NCBI GenBank assembly: GCA_002269645.1
Contig: NIVC01001779.1
Location: forward strand, 62,001-126,000
Direction of reading: 5' to 3'
Length of the DNA stretch: 64,000 nt
Source: Macrostomum lignano
Taxonomy: Eukaryota
In this document: positions 38,230-50,800 of the stretch, piece after piece
How positions within the stretch are numbered: the stretch's first letter is position 1
Layout: the number at the start of each line of letters is the position of its first letter
Notes under the pieces: model-generated
Database searches by the model: none
What the model was told of the DNA's origin: nothing
Seen by the model: only the letters and a program-made list of their open reading frames with translations
Translations under genes and position numbers: made by a program

Positions 38230-38974
38230 AGTAGTAGTAGTAGTAAGTAAGTAAGTTGGCTCAGACAGGAAGCCTGTTTGGCCAGTATACGTCAAGGTGT
38301 TTTTAATGAAAATTCAAAAGTAAAGGGAAAACCTTTGCATTGGTAAATTTTGCAATAGTATTTAAAAGGGCGCCTAAATGTTTCTACGAAACTTCTAACG
38401 AGCTTCAACGACAAGCAAAGCAAAATTTAAGTATTTAAGGAATTGAAAAAACAAGCATTGTATGAACTTGATGTATAGCAATTGAATTGATCCCGTATGT
38501 GATAAAAATGAGTATAAAGGTATTATTTAGATATTGACAAATTTGTATTAAATATAGTATTTGAAAGAGCGTGTGACTTTTTTTTCGGTATTTACGGACG
38601 ACCTATGACGACTAACGAAGAATATTTAAGTAGGGAGTTATAAAAAACAGGTAGCTACCGTATGGCTTCGATGCAAAAACGGTTAATCTTAAATGCGATT
38701 TAAAATAGGTAATTAAGCATTATTCTGTCAATGAAAAATATTGAGTATAGTGGTTGCTCATAATATTTGGCGATTATTGTAACAGTATATTATTTGAAAG
38801 CCTGAAAAACTGGCAACTTTAATTAACGTCTAACGACTTAATGGCGATTCAAAAATATAATACAAAAGGTAATGGATGGACAGAAATTCTTGCAAAAAAT
38901 GGAGAAAATCATTTAGTAGTAGTAGTAGTAGTAGTAGTAAGTTGGCTCAGGCAAGAAGCCTGTTTGGTCAATAT
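38230..38974 (-). repeat. Two ~60-bp direct repeats (38230-38289, 38915-38974) with (TAG)n(TAAG)n tracts; probable 5'-truncated retroelement 3' ends
   Basis: GTTGGCTCAG.CA.GAAGCCTGTTTGG.CA.TATA follows the microsatellite in both copies. On the minus strand this reads as a body followed by a (CTTA)/(CTA)n tail. Confidence 0.6.
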
Positions 38975-41900
38975 ATTTCTGTGTATTTAAGATTACTTCA
39001 GGAATAGGAGACAATATTTTAGCATTAGTTATTTAATTACGATTAGTACGAGTTTTGCAATATGGTATTTGAACGAACGCGGAAATGTTTATTAACGAAA
39101 CTTGGACGACTAACAAAGCGAAAGAAAAAGCAAGGAGTAAAAAAAAGTATTGCGTGAAATTTATGTATGTAGTTGGCGTTATTGCAACAATAAATAATAA
39201 AAAAAAAATAATAAAATAAGCAATAGCTAACGCCAAACTAACGCCAATAAACATTGTTTGATATATATGTACATACATGACTTGATACTAGTTATATAAG
39301 TAAAAATTTTAACTTCTGGTGTTTAAAAAACATTTTGTTTGAAATAATCAGCTTTTTTTATTTAAGTTGTTTTTCTTATAATGAGTAATTGTTTTTTATG
39401 CATTTAATTTAGAACCTTTTTTTCTAGAAAACGACTAGGAAATTGTTAGCCAGTGGCCCAGTTGTTAGTGCCAACGCATCAAGTTAAGTCCTAAATTCTA
39501 GAGGTTTTGGTTTAAATCCTTAGTAATTTCTGTATAAAGAGTAATACAGTATTTTCAAAATGAATATTGCTATTGAGCAACTTTTTAGGCTTCTAAGACA
39601 GTTAGACAGTTGACGTTGTGGGATGTGCGATGTGGCTGCGTTTTGTTGCCCAGCCTGTTTCTTGCCATTGTGTGTTTTAAGTGTGTATATAAGTTGCATC
39701 TTTGAAGGATTTTTGTAAAAATCCTTTTTCTTTTTCGATAGTATTGTGTCAACTAGCTTTTCCAATGCTGCACGGAAATGTAGAAATGGGGCTGGGCAGA
39801 AATACCAAAACTGCTTCACAGTAGGGCCTATGTTCTTTTTTGCCATTTTTATAGCTGCAATGTATTTGCTCCGCGGAAATCAATTTGTGCACAGCTGTGC
39901 AAAGAGGCCAAGTAACAGATTTTTATTACATGCTATATTTAGGGGTTGGAAAATATCATTTTTTTATTTTCAAGACTTGACATTTGAGCTCTATATTTTA
40001 AGATAATCAATCACAATATTCAATCAAGATTTGTGATTAAGCCTAATTTGTATCTAGTAGGCCTATTTACACTTCTATCTATGAATGTTAGTATTGTTTT
40101 TTGTTAAATATAGTGTCTAATAATGATAATAGAAAAAAAACAATGATTAGGGCCTACTTATATTTAATATTGAGCTTATTAATAACTTGACATATTAAAT
40201 GTAATTGTAAGTATAATATTTAATAGCCTAAAATTTGCAAGCTTCTAATCTATTTTGTTTTGCAATATTATTTTCAAGTTTGAATTGATCTCATAACATA
40301 GTGCCTCTGAGTACTAGATAGAGTAGTTTATAGATAGGCCTAAATAATTATAATAGGCCTAGTAGCTAAAGACAATAATAGTGGTAGATAGAGAAATAGA
40401 TAGGGCAATAAAAGTAGCAAGAGGTAAAGCAGTAGATAGATAGAGCATAGCCATAGAGTCCAACTAAGATCTCAATTTCAATTTTAACATTTTGAGACTT
40501 AGCCTTTTAAAAATTTGTTTTAAGAAATTCTCAAAATTTAAAATAGACTAGGCTTAGAATAAAAAAAACAATCAAGTGAGATTGATTTCAATAAAAAAGG
40601 ATAATAATATTGTGAAGTTTTGCTGCGCCACACCTCTTGCCACTTTGCCATGCCACATTAGTCATTATACTTGCCATTTTGCCATGCTATGCCATATTTT
40701 GCCACTTTGCCACACTGTTGCACTATAGTTCCCATCACTTTGCCATAATGTGCCATATCTCCTGCTGCTTTGCTGCACTGCGCTAAGCCTCCTATTGCCT
40801 CCTGCCACTTTGCTACACAATGATGCACCTTCTATTGATTGTCTCTTATTGCTTTTCTATGCCAAACTGCACCTCTTGTCACCTCATACTACTGTGCTAC
40901 CCTAGGCTAGACTAGATACTATCTACCAAAATTCCAATATATCTATATATTCTTCAATTGTGATTTATAATAGGGCCTAATCAATATTATAATACAAGGT
41001 ATAGGCCTATGGACTATATTATGCAATTTTAAACAATGTAACAGTGTAACTAAATAAATTATAAAAAAACTTAAATTTCCAATTAGTCTAATATAGCACT
41101 AATATATATAAGAAACATATAGTCATCATATAATATATTATCTAGGCTTCCCTATTTTATAATGGATATTATACTTATAGTATGGGCAAAATTTTATATA
41201 TAACATTATTGTAAATATTATTCTTCCTCTACAAATTCACAATATGCAGCCCGATCTCTAATTCTTAATTGATTTATTCTTGATCTTAAATTTGTTATAA
41301 AATTCTTGCTTAATCTTGCTTAAAAAATAAAAACCCGATCTTGGTCAGACTAATATAGCACTAGATAGATTAATAAATATAGTAGATAAAAGCTAGAGAC
41401 TAGAGCATTTTCTAATACTATTTCCTATCCCTTTTGGCCATAGACATCATTTTCTACAATGGCACTATGTTGTAGTACCAATTCAAACTTTAAAATAATA
41501 TTAGGAAGTAAGCTTAAAGATTATAACCATATAATATCATAGTCACAAATAGTCATATAATCCCAAATTGGCAAAATCCTGACTTTTTTCAAGATTTTAA
41601 AACCAAGATTAAGATTGAAAAAAGTGCCAAGATTTTAATGATTGAGATCAAGATTGAGATTTTGTTTGACCCCTAGCTAAAATTTGTCTTTTATTTGTTT
41701 ATTTATAGTTTAAATTTCAGTATTCACAAAAAATAAAGGTGAATATTTGAAAATGTCATTTACTTAATAAGTTTTTTAGCCTTACCTAAATTAATTTCAA
41801 TGCCTTTCTGGGACCTTTTTAGGGTATAGAATTGTGTTATTAAAAGATAGATAGAATTTTTTGAGTTTAGTGGAAATTCTGGTATCAACTTAAAGGTTAT

Positions 41901-41993
41901 TTTAATCAAAGATTATTGCACATGATAAGCCAAAGATTATTGCATTCATTACACCTAGGATTATTGCACTTGATAAGCCAAAGATTATTGCAT

Positions 41994-43386
41994 GGGTCTA
42001 TGAAATTTGCTAGCAGGAAATCTGCTAGCCGAAGTTTGCTAGCCGAAATGTGCTAGCCGAAATGTGCTAGCTGAAATGTGCTAGCCAAAATTTGCTAGCC
42101 AAAGTTTGCTAGCCGAAATCTGCTAGCCAAAATCTGCTAGCCGAAGTTTGCTAGCCAAAATGTGCTAGCCAAAATCTGCTGGCCAAAGTTTGCTAGCCAA
42201 AATGTGCTAGCCAAAATGTGCTAGCTGAAATTTGCTAGCCAAAATTTGCTAGCCGAAATTTGCTAGCCAAAATTTGCTAGCCGAAATCTGCTAGCCAAAA
42301 ACTGCTAGCCAAAGTTTGCTAGCAGGAATTTTGCTAGCCGAAATCTGCTAGCAATAATCTAACCAAAACCGGCAAACAGCAATTTACAAAAGTTGTAATT
42401 TGCTAGACATTTTTCTTGTCCAATTTCGCAAGAAACTTTGCAGGACTTATCATGCAGGACAAATAAATTTGCCTTTTTTGCTCTAATAACTCTCTTTGTC
42501 GTGCACAGTGATTTGCAAATTGCAATATATAATAATAATTGCAGCCTGCATTGTTGTATCATAATATAATGCAATTAAATATTACTAAATCAGAAATTTC
42601 TTTGTAGGTAGCACTCGTATGACAAGAATCTAAATGTAATTTATATACAAAATGTGCTTGTTAATTCCATTCTTAACACCGTTTAAAATGTGGCTACTTT
42701 GGTCAAGATAAATTACTGATTTTCTTTTTTTAAGAGTTTGTGGGCCACACTTGCATAGAGTTTTTGCTTGTACACAGTGCCGTAAGCGATGGAAAATATC
42801 TATACATTAACAATACATATAGCGATAGTAAATTGTACCTTGGACATACATGTATCTAGCTATAGATACTGTACACCAACATGTGTGTTACTGTATGCTA
42901 AAGTACTGTATATGCTAAAACTGCACTTGGAAATCATCAAAATCATTTATAATTTTTTGTCCTATTTTACTCGTAGACATTTGATAATGTTTTAGCATTA
43001 TCAGCTGTAAGGCCATAGTTCAGGTAGCTCAGGCAGTTGTAGTTCAGGTAGTTAAATTTAAACTTATCTATACACACAACTTTCAGTCTTATGGCTGGTA
43101 GTGGCAGTATATGGTATATAAGTTATATATTTACTTGTACAAATCAAAGCAGCTCAAATTGGAATCAAAACACAGCAAATAACATGCAACAGCTACGAGA
43201 GCAAGGCAGCTAGCAAAATTCCTGCTAGCAAACTTCGGCTAGCAAAATCCTCGCTAGCAAAATTCCTGCTAGCAAACTTCGGCTAGCAGATTTTGTCTAG
43301 CAGATTTCATCTAGCAGATTTCGGTTGGCAAACTTCGGCTAGCACATTTCGGCTAGCAAACTTCGGCTAGCAGATCTCGTACTCCC
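41994..43386. mobile_element. Non-autonomous Mutator/Foldback-like element with modular 14-bp sub-repeat TIRs and a 9-bp TSD
   Basis: Left arm about 41994-42352 and right arm about 43205-43386 are inverted arrays of GCTAGCCGAAATNT. The termini GGG...CCC match at 16 of 21 positions. Flanks are TTATTGCAT (41985-41993) and TTATTGCAC (43387-43395). Confidence 0.75.
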
Positions 43387-43668
43387 TTATTGCACTTGAT
43401 AAACCAAGGATTATTGCATTTACTTATCAAAGGTACTATGCCTAGTAACTAATATTAGAATTTTGTAAAAAAGAAGATTGACTGATAGTATAATTGTAAT
43501 ATTAAAAATGCTAATATAATTAATAAAAATACAATTTAGTAAAGTACCTAGTAAGTTAAAATTGATTTAAATACTTAATGGGAATATTTATGGGGTTACA
43601 GCCCTAAGTCTAGATCACATTTATATAATTAAAAAAGTTTCATAGTAGCTATTAGTATTAGAGTATAA

Positions 43669-43790
43669 TTGGAAAATATATATTCTATCAGCAACACTAT
43701 AAAAACTTATAACAACAACAAAGAACTTTATAGCCCTGTAGAAGCAGCGTGGAGGTTGCTTGGGCAGCCTATAGAGTGGGTCCCGGGTAC
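43669..43790 (+). mobile_element. Possible Helitron Rep/helicase relic
   Basis: NTIKTYNNNKELYSPVEAAWRLLGQPIE resembles the Helitron motif EI..Y...RYIS..EAAWR..GFPI. It is short and the surrounding frames are full of stops. Confidence 0.3.
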
Positions 43791-44094
43791 AAAGGTTGCA
43801 GAAAAGCAGGTAGTGATCAGATTCGATAGAAAGCATGGCCATTGTGTCACAGTCTATTACCTATCTAAGTTTGCAGTAGTGAACTAGAATGTGGTATACT
43901 TGTATAGTTGTTGAGAATGTTTGTGGTTCTCAAAAAAAATTTAATCCTAGAACTTTATTGAATATTCTAGAAGCTAAGACCCTACTGTACTGTGTAGGTA
44001 TATATTGAGGGTAGGTGTGTGCAATATTGATAGGATACTTTTCATGATTGTTGCTATCAAAGCTAGATTATACTATATGGATTTTGGATTAGAT

Positions 44095-44265
44095 AGTTAG
44101 ACCATCAAACAATTGCCAATCACCTATATCAACTGGGCAAGGTGCACAAGTTGACTCAATGGGTACCCCATGAATTGTCCGACTGGGACCATGAACATAG
44201 GGCAGAGGTGACCACTTCTCTTCTCTCCTATTGCTGCACATACAGCTGGCTGAAGTTGATTATAA
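44095..44265 (+). mobile_element. Mariner transposase fragment (WVPHEL region)
   Basis: LDHQTIANHLYQLGKVHKLTQWVPHELSDWDHEHRAEVTTSLL matches the mariner HTH-linker consensus. It is preceded by a stop, and no TIRs were seen. Confidence 0.8.
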
Positions 44266-44583
44266 GGATACTAATACAACGCCTGAGCCATAGCCTAAGG
44301 CTAGAATCCACCCCTGCAAGGTGATTTTTGTTGCTTTTTTGCCAAATCCAGCTTCCTTTTGTCACTGTGAGCGGAATGATGTACATCATTTGTGTACATA
44401 GGTTACTTGGGCTCCACTTTATGAGTTTTTAATTTGACAGGCCCATTTCCTAATAAAACCTACATTTTGCTATTTAAGATTTTAATTTTTATTTAATTAG
44501 CCAATCAACATGTTTTCAAAATATATATTGACCTCTTCAATTCATGTTGATCTTATTACTTAAAAGACTATTGTTTAAAGAAG

Positions 44584-45099
44584 ATGCCAAAGCGTCGAAA
44601 GCAAGTAGACCAGAAAATTTCCGATCTATTCCCAGTTAAAAGACGCAGCATTGCTTCTGCTCAGTCTGCTTCTGATCAGACTAATTGCAGCAGCTCGTCA
44701 TCAACAGGTGTTGTGGCAACCACCGCACCAGGTGTTACTAACCGAGAGCCAGGCACACAACAAAATGAAAACAACAATGGGCACTCAATTAATAATCAAC
44801 AGCTGTTATCTAATAGCAAGTCGAATGATCCTAGTGCATCATTGGCTACTGAAAGTAACACCTCTAGCACCAGTACAAGTGCGGGTAATTTGACTCAGCA
44901 CGATCTCACGGTGCTGCGTGATTTCGATTTGAACTGGGAGTTCGGACCCTGTATTGGTATTAGCCGCTTGCAGCGCTGGGAACGGGCGGTTAAGCGCGGG
45001 TTAACTCCGCCGCAGTTTGTGAGGAATCTGGTGTTGGCTCATGCTGGTAATCCGCTGTATACGGAGTGCATTTGGTTCTCTTATTCTGACCTCATTTGA
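44584..45099 (+). CDS. POLD4: DNA polymerase delta subunit 4 (p12), 171 aa, intronless
   Basis: N-terminal QKISDLFPVKRR (compare human KRLITDSYPVVKRR, a PCNA-binding motif) and C-terminal LRDFDLNWEFGPCIGISRLQRWERA..GL.PP. Confidence 0.93.
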   Translation: MPKRRKQVDQKISDLFPVKRRSIASAQSASDQTNCSSSSSTGVVATTAPGVTNREPGTQQNENNNGHSINNQQLLSNSKSNDPSASLATESNTSSTSTSAGNLTQHDLTVLRDFDLNWEFGPCIGISRLQRWERAVKRGLTPPQFVRNLVLAHAGNPLYTECIWFSYSDLI

Positions 45100-45214
45100 T
45101 GCTGCTTTGTGCGTTTATCGACATTGGTTAGTTACCGCTCTTTTAGGAAACAATATATGCAGATGCTTGCTTGACATTCTGCTGATCCTATCATATACTA
45201 TGATATCTACGAAT

Positions 45215-45760
45215 ATCTAATCTGCATCTACTGATCCCTAATCTATGTATCTATTGATCCTAATCTATATATCTATTGATCCCTAATCTATATATCTATT
45301 GATCCCTAATCTATATATATATTGATCCCTAATATATATCTACTGATCCCTAATCTATATATCTATTGATCCCTAATCTATATATCTATTGATCCCTAAT
45401 CTATATATCTATTGATCCCTAATCTATATATCTACTGATCTCTAATCGATATCTACTGATCCGTAATCTATATCTACTGATCCCTAATCTACATCTAATG
45501 ATCCCTAATCGATATCTGCTGATCCGTAATCTACATCTAATGATCCCTAATCGATATCTACTGATCCGTAATCTACATCTAATGATCCCTAATCGATATC
45601 TACTGATGCCTAATCTATATCTACTGATCCCTAATCTACATCTAATGATCCCTAATCGATATCTACTAATCCGTAATCTACATCTACTGATTTCTAATCT
45701 GTATCTACTGATCCCTAATGGATATTTATTGATCCCTAATCTATATCTACTGATCCTTAA
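45215..45760. repeat. 21-23-bp minisatellite (CTATATATCTATTGATCCCTAAT and variants) downstream of POLD4
   Basis: Tandem units, followed by AATAAA at about 45760. Confidence 0.92.
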
Positions 45761-46559
45761 TAAATAACAACACTTTTTAATACCCCAATCACAGTCTATA
45801 TTCTTTACTCTATAGCATTCACCTGCAAGAAGTGTCTTAGATTAGCAGATATGTTACTTAAGATATTAAACAGCTGGCCTAGCTGATACATTAGAAGTTC
45901 TCATCTGATCGCGCACTGACGTGTTTAAAGTACACAGTAAACTAAGTGAAGAGTGTAGAATCTACACTATAAATGTTGTCTAATTGATGCGAAAAGTTTG
46001 CATTATTTTGTTAAGTATGAGAAATATTTTTAAATGCTTTTGTAATTTAACATTTTTGCATTACGTTTAAAATTTGACAACAGAAATTGTTTTTTTTTCA
46101 TACTCATCAACCTATTAAGGCTTGGCTTTATGATTGTTGTTGTTGTTGATTGTTGATTTTCATGATATCATTCTGTTTTCTGTAAGCTATAAAGTTATGA
46201 AAAGATGCATAATGCAGGTTTTTGAGAACATTTTTATCTAGATATAGTTTTAATTTATTAGGTCTTGATTTTTGTTTTTCTTCAGTAAACGAAATGCTTA
46301 TTTTTGTCATTTGTTTGCAGTCTGTAAACTTTTAATTTTATATTTTAGATTGATTGAATTTGTTGATCTGTCATTAGTTTAAATGGTTCTTTGTCTCATT
46401 TTGTTGCTTAATATCTTATTAGTATGTATGTTTGCAGGATTGACGGTGAATTTCATACGTTTTCAATTTGTTTCGCTTTTATTCACTTTATTTCTAGTAA
46501 GAAATATTACTTACCAGTAGTGCAAAATGGTTAGATAGGCTATTGGTTCATGCAGTTTG

Positions 46560-47665
46560 GTTTTTATAAAATTTGGGCTTTATGAATTTTAGGGTTTATA
46601 AAGCTTGATGTTTATGAAGTTTGGGTTTATGTTTTTTTGGTTTTATGACTTTTGGGATTTATGACTTTTGGGGTTTATGACTTTTGGGGTTTATGAAGTT
46701 GGGGGTTTTTTGAAGTTGAGGGTTTATGACTTTTGGGGTTTATGAAGTTTGGTGTTTATGAAGCTTGGGGTTTATGAAGTTTGGTGTTTATGAAGCTTGG
46801 GGTTTATGAAGTTTAGGGTTTATGAAGTTGGGGGTTTTTGAAGTTGGGGGTTTATGACTTTTAGGGTTTATGAAGTTTGGGGTTTATGAAGCTTGGGGTT
46901 TATGAAGTTTGGGGTTTATGAAGTTGGGGGTTTATGAAGTTGGGGTTTTATGAAGTTTGAGGTTTATGAAGTTTGGGGTTTATGACTTTTGGGGTTTATG
47001 ACTTTTGGGGTTTATGAAGTTGAGGGTTTATGACTTTTGGGGTTTATGAAGTTTTGTGTTTATGAAGCTTGGGGTTTATGAAGTTTGGGGTTTATGAAGC
47101 TTGGGGTTTATGAAGTTTGGGGTTTATGAAGTTGGGGGTTTATGACTTTTGGGGTTTATGAAGTTTGGTGTTTATGAAGCTTGGGGTTTATGAAGTTTAG
47201 GGTTTATGAAGTTAGGGGTTTTTGAAGTTGGGGGTTTATGACTTTTGGGGTTTATGAAGTTTGGGGTTTATGAAGCTTGGGGTTTATGAAGTTGGGGGTT
47301 TATGAAGTTGGGGTTTTATGAAGTTTGAGGTTTATGAAGTTTGGGGTTTATGACTTTTGGGGTTTATGAAGTTGAGGGTTTATGACTTTTGGGGTTTATG
47401 AAGTTTGGTGTTTATGAAGCTTGGGGTTTATGAAGTTTGGGGTTTATGAAGCTTGGGGTTTATGAAGTTTGGGGTTTATGAAGTTGGGGGTTTATGACTT
47501 TTGGGGTTTATGAAGTTTGGGGTTTATGAAGCTTGGGGTTTATGAAGTTTGGGGTTTATGAAGTTTGGGGTTTATGAAGTTTGGGGTTTATGAAGTTTGG
47601 GGTTTATGAAGTGTGGGGTTTATGAAGTTTGGGGTTTATGAAGTTCGGGGCTTATGAAGTTTAGA
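46560..47665. repeat. 16-bp G/T-rich minisatellite (GGGGTTTATGAAGTTT)
   Basis: Tandem units with GGGG tracts. Confidence 0.95.
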
Positions 47666-47899
47666 GTTAACGAAATTTAGGATTTATACAGTTTCTAGCT
47701 GAGGATAGTAAGTATATTCAAAGCTTAGGGATAATAAGAAACTTTAAAGACGTAATTCACAGTTTTGATTAATTTCAGATTGACTCCTAAAAAAAGCAGA
47801 ACAGCAACCAATCGACAAAGTGAAACAGAATTAGACATACATCCTTGCCAAAGGCTTGAGTGTCTAGTAACTAATTGTTGTTGTCCTAATCGCACTACT

Positions 47900-50800
47900 A
47901 TGAGTAGAAATATAAACATTAGCGGCGGCAACGGCGCGGGCCCGCCACCGATGCCCTATCCTTTGAGTTCTTCCCTGCCTCCTAGTGCCGATTTTTTTAA
48001 CGCTCAATTTGCTATGCAGCCTCAGCAGCAGCAGAACCTGCGTCCTCAGAGTCCTCCAGCTCATCTTCATCATTCTCAACAGCAGCAGCGTCAGCGCATG
48101 CAGAGTCCGCCACAAGCCATGCTGTCGTCCAGTTTCCCTTCAAATTCATTTCCCGCGGCTATGATGCAGCAGAGGCCGCCGATGCCTCCTCAGCAGCCGC
48201 AGCCGCCGTTGCCAACACCGCAGCAGATTGGCATGGCCATAATGAGCTCAATTGAAGATCACCTGATGCACCAGCAGCATCAGCAGCAACAATTTGCCCA
48301 TTCCCAATCGATGCACTTTCCGGGACATCAGCAGTTTCCTCATCAGCATCCTCAGCATCATCAGCAGCAGCAGCATCCGGGTGCTGTTCATGCCCAGCAG
48401 TTCCAGCATCCCAGGCCGCCGCCCTCACAGTTTCCGCCTCAGCCTCATCCTCAGCATCAGCATCATCACCCTGGCCAGCAGCAGCGGCCGCCTTTGCCAC
48501 AGAATTTCGTTGCCCAGCAACAACAGCAGCAGCAGCCGACGCCACCTCCGCCAGCTAAGCAGGATCCGCCTCTGCCCCAGGAGGTGGCCATGATTGATAT
48601 GGCAGCTGGCCTGGGAGCTGCTTGGTCTACTGGAGACGATAGGCAGCAACAGAGGCAGGGACAGTCGGTTGCTATGGCAACCAAGCAGAAGCAGCCGCAT
48701 CAACAGGTGGGGTTGCAGCCTCCCTCCCTAATTGCTAGTTAGTCAGACCACAGAGTCAGCTTAGAATATTTCTTAAACCAGCAAAGTTCCGCTTACCTTG
48801 CCTACCCCATCAGGTGGTGCAACCAGTTCGTAGACAGCGCTTGAACTCGCTGCATCGAAGCAGCTCAGATCCGGAGTTTTTCACTGGTCGAAGGCGACAC
48901 TTTGTGCCTGTGCAGCACAAGCAGCAGCAGGCAGCTGGGAAGCAGCCTCCTCATCCTGCAGCCAATAAGCAGGCAGCGATAGATGCCGGCCTCGCGCGAC
49001 TTCGATTAAACAGTTGCAAAGCTGATCAACTGCAATCCATTGTGACAGAGCCTGGTGCTGCCGCTGCTAGGTAATTAAAGAAATTCAGCTGTGTCTGTTG
49101 GTTCTCAGAGATCTCAGAGATCTCAGAGAGTCGCCCTGATTGTCTCAGTGAATCGCCCTGATTATCTCATAGAATCGCCCTGATTATCTCATAGAATCGC
49201 CCTGATTATTTCATAGAATCGCTATGATCATCTCATTGAATCGCTCTGATTATCTCAGAGAATCGCCCTGATTGTCTCAGAGAATCGCCCTGATTGTCTC
49301 AGAGAATCGCCCTGATTGTCTCAGAGAATCGCCCTGATTGTCTCAGAGAATCGCCCTGATTATCTCATAGAATCACCCTGATTGTCTCATAGAATCGCCC
49401 TGATTATTTCATAGAATCGCTATGATCATCTCATAGAATCGCCCTGATTGTCTCAGAGAATCGCCCTGATTATTTCATAGAATCGCTATGATCATCTCAT
49501 AGAATCGCCCTGATTGTCTCAGAGAATCGCCCTGATTGTCTCAGAGAATCGCCCTAATTGTCTCATAGAATCGCCCTGATTATCTCATAGAATCGCCCTG
49601 ATTGTCTCAGAGAATCGCCCTGATTGTCTCAGAGAATCGCCCTGATTGTCTCAGAGAATCGCCCTGATTGTCTCAGAGAATCGCCCTGATTGTCTCAGAG
49701 AATCGCCCTGATTATCTCAGAGAATCGCCCTGATTGTCTCAGAGAATCGCCCTGATTGTCTCAGAGAATCGCCCTGATTGTCTCAGAGAATCGCCCTGAT
49801 TGTCTCAGAGAATCGCCCTGATTGTCTCAGAGAATCGCCCTGATTGTATCAGAGAATCGCCCTGATTATCTCATAGAATCGCCCTGATTGTCTCAGAGAA
49901 TCGCCCTGATTATCTCATAGAATCGCCCTGATTGTCTCAGAGAATCGCCCTAATTGTCTCATAGAATCGCCCTGATTATCTCATAGAATCGCCCTGATTG
50001 TCTCAGAGAATCGCCCTGATTGTCTCAGAGAATCGCCCTGATTGTCTCAGAGAATCGCCCTGATTATCTCATAGAATCGCCCTGATTGTCTCAGAGAATC
50101 GCCCTGATTGTCTCATAGAATCGCCCTGATTGTCTCAGAGAATCGCCCTGATTGTCTCAGAGAATCGCCCTGATTATCTCAGAGAATCGCCCTGATTGTC
50201 TCAGAGAATCGCCCTGATTATCTCATAGAATCGCCCTGATTGTCTCAGAGAATCGCCCTGATTATCTCATAGAATCGCCCTGATTGTCTCATAGAATCGC
50301 CCTGATTGTCTCAGAGAATCGCCCTGATTATCTCATAGAATCGCCCTGATTGTCTCAGAGAATCGCCCTGATTGTCTCAGAGAATCGCCCTGATTATCTC
50401 ATAGAATCGCCCTGGTTATCTCATAGAATCGCCCTGATTGTCTCAGAGAATCGCCCTGATTATCTCAGAGAATCGCCCTAATTGTCTCAGAGAATCGCCC
50501 TGATTATCTCAGAGAATCGCCCTGATTGTCTCAGAGAATCGCCCTGATTGTCTCAGAGAATCGCCCTGATTGTCTCAGAGAATCGCCCTGATTGTCTCAG
50601 AGAATCGCCCTGATTGTCTCAGAGAACCGCCCTGATTGTCTCAGAGAATCGCCCTGATCGCCCTCACCAAGAACAAACCAATCAATAAAATGAGCAATAC
50701 GTCACCGCAGGCCGGAAGCATCAGCAAACAGCAACAGCCAGGCGCAAGCAGAGCCGGATGAATTGACCAGCGAGCCGATGCCAGCCGCACCATCAACTAT

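Noticed and set aside
46560-47665. Interstitial telomere
   Set aside because: The unit is 16 bp with GGGG tracts. TTAGGG occurs only sporadically and never in tandem.
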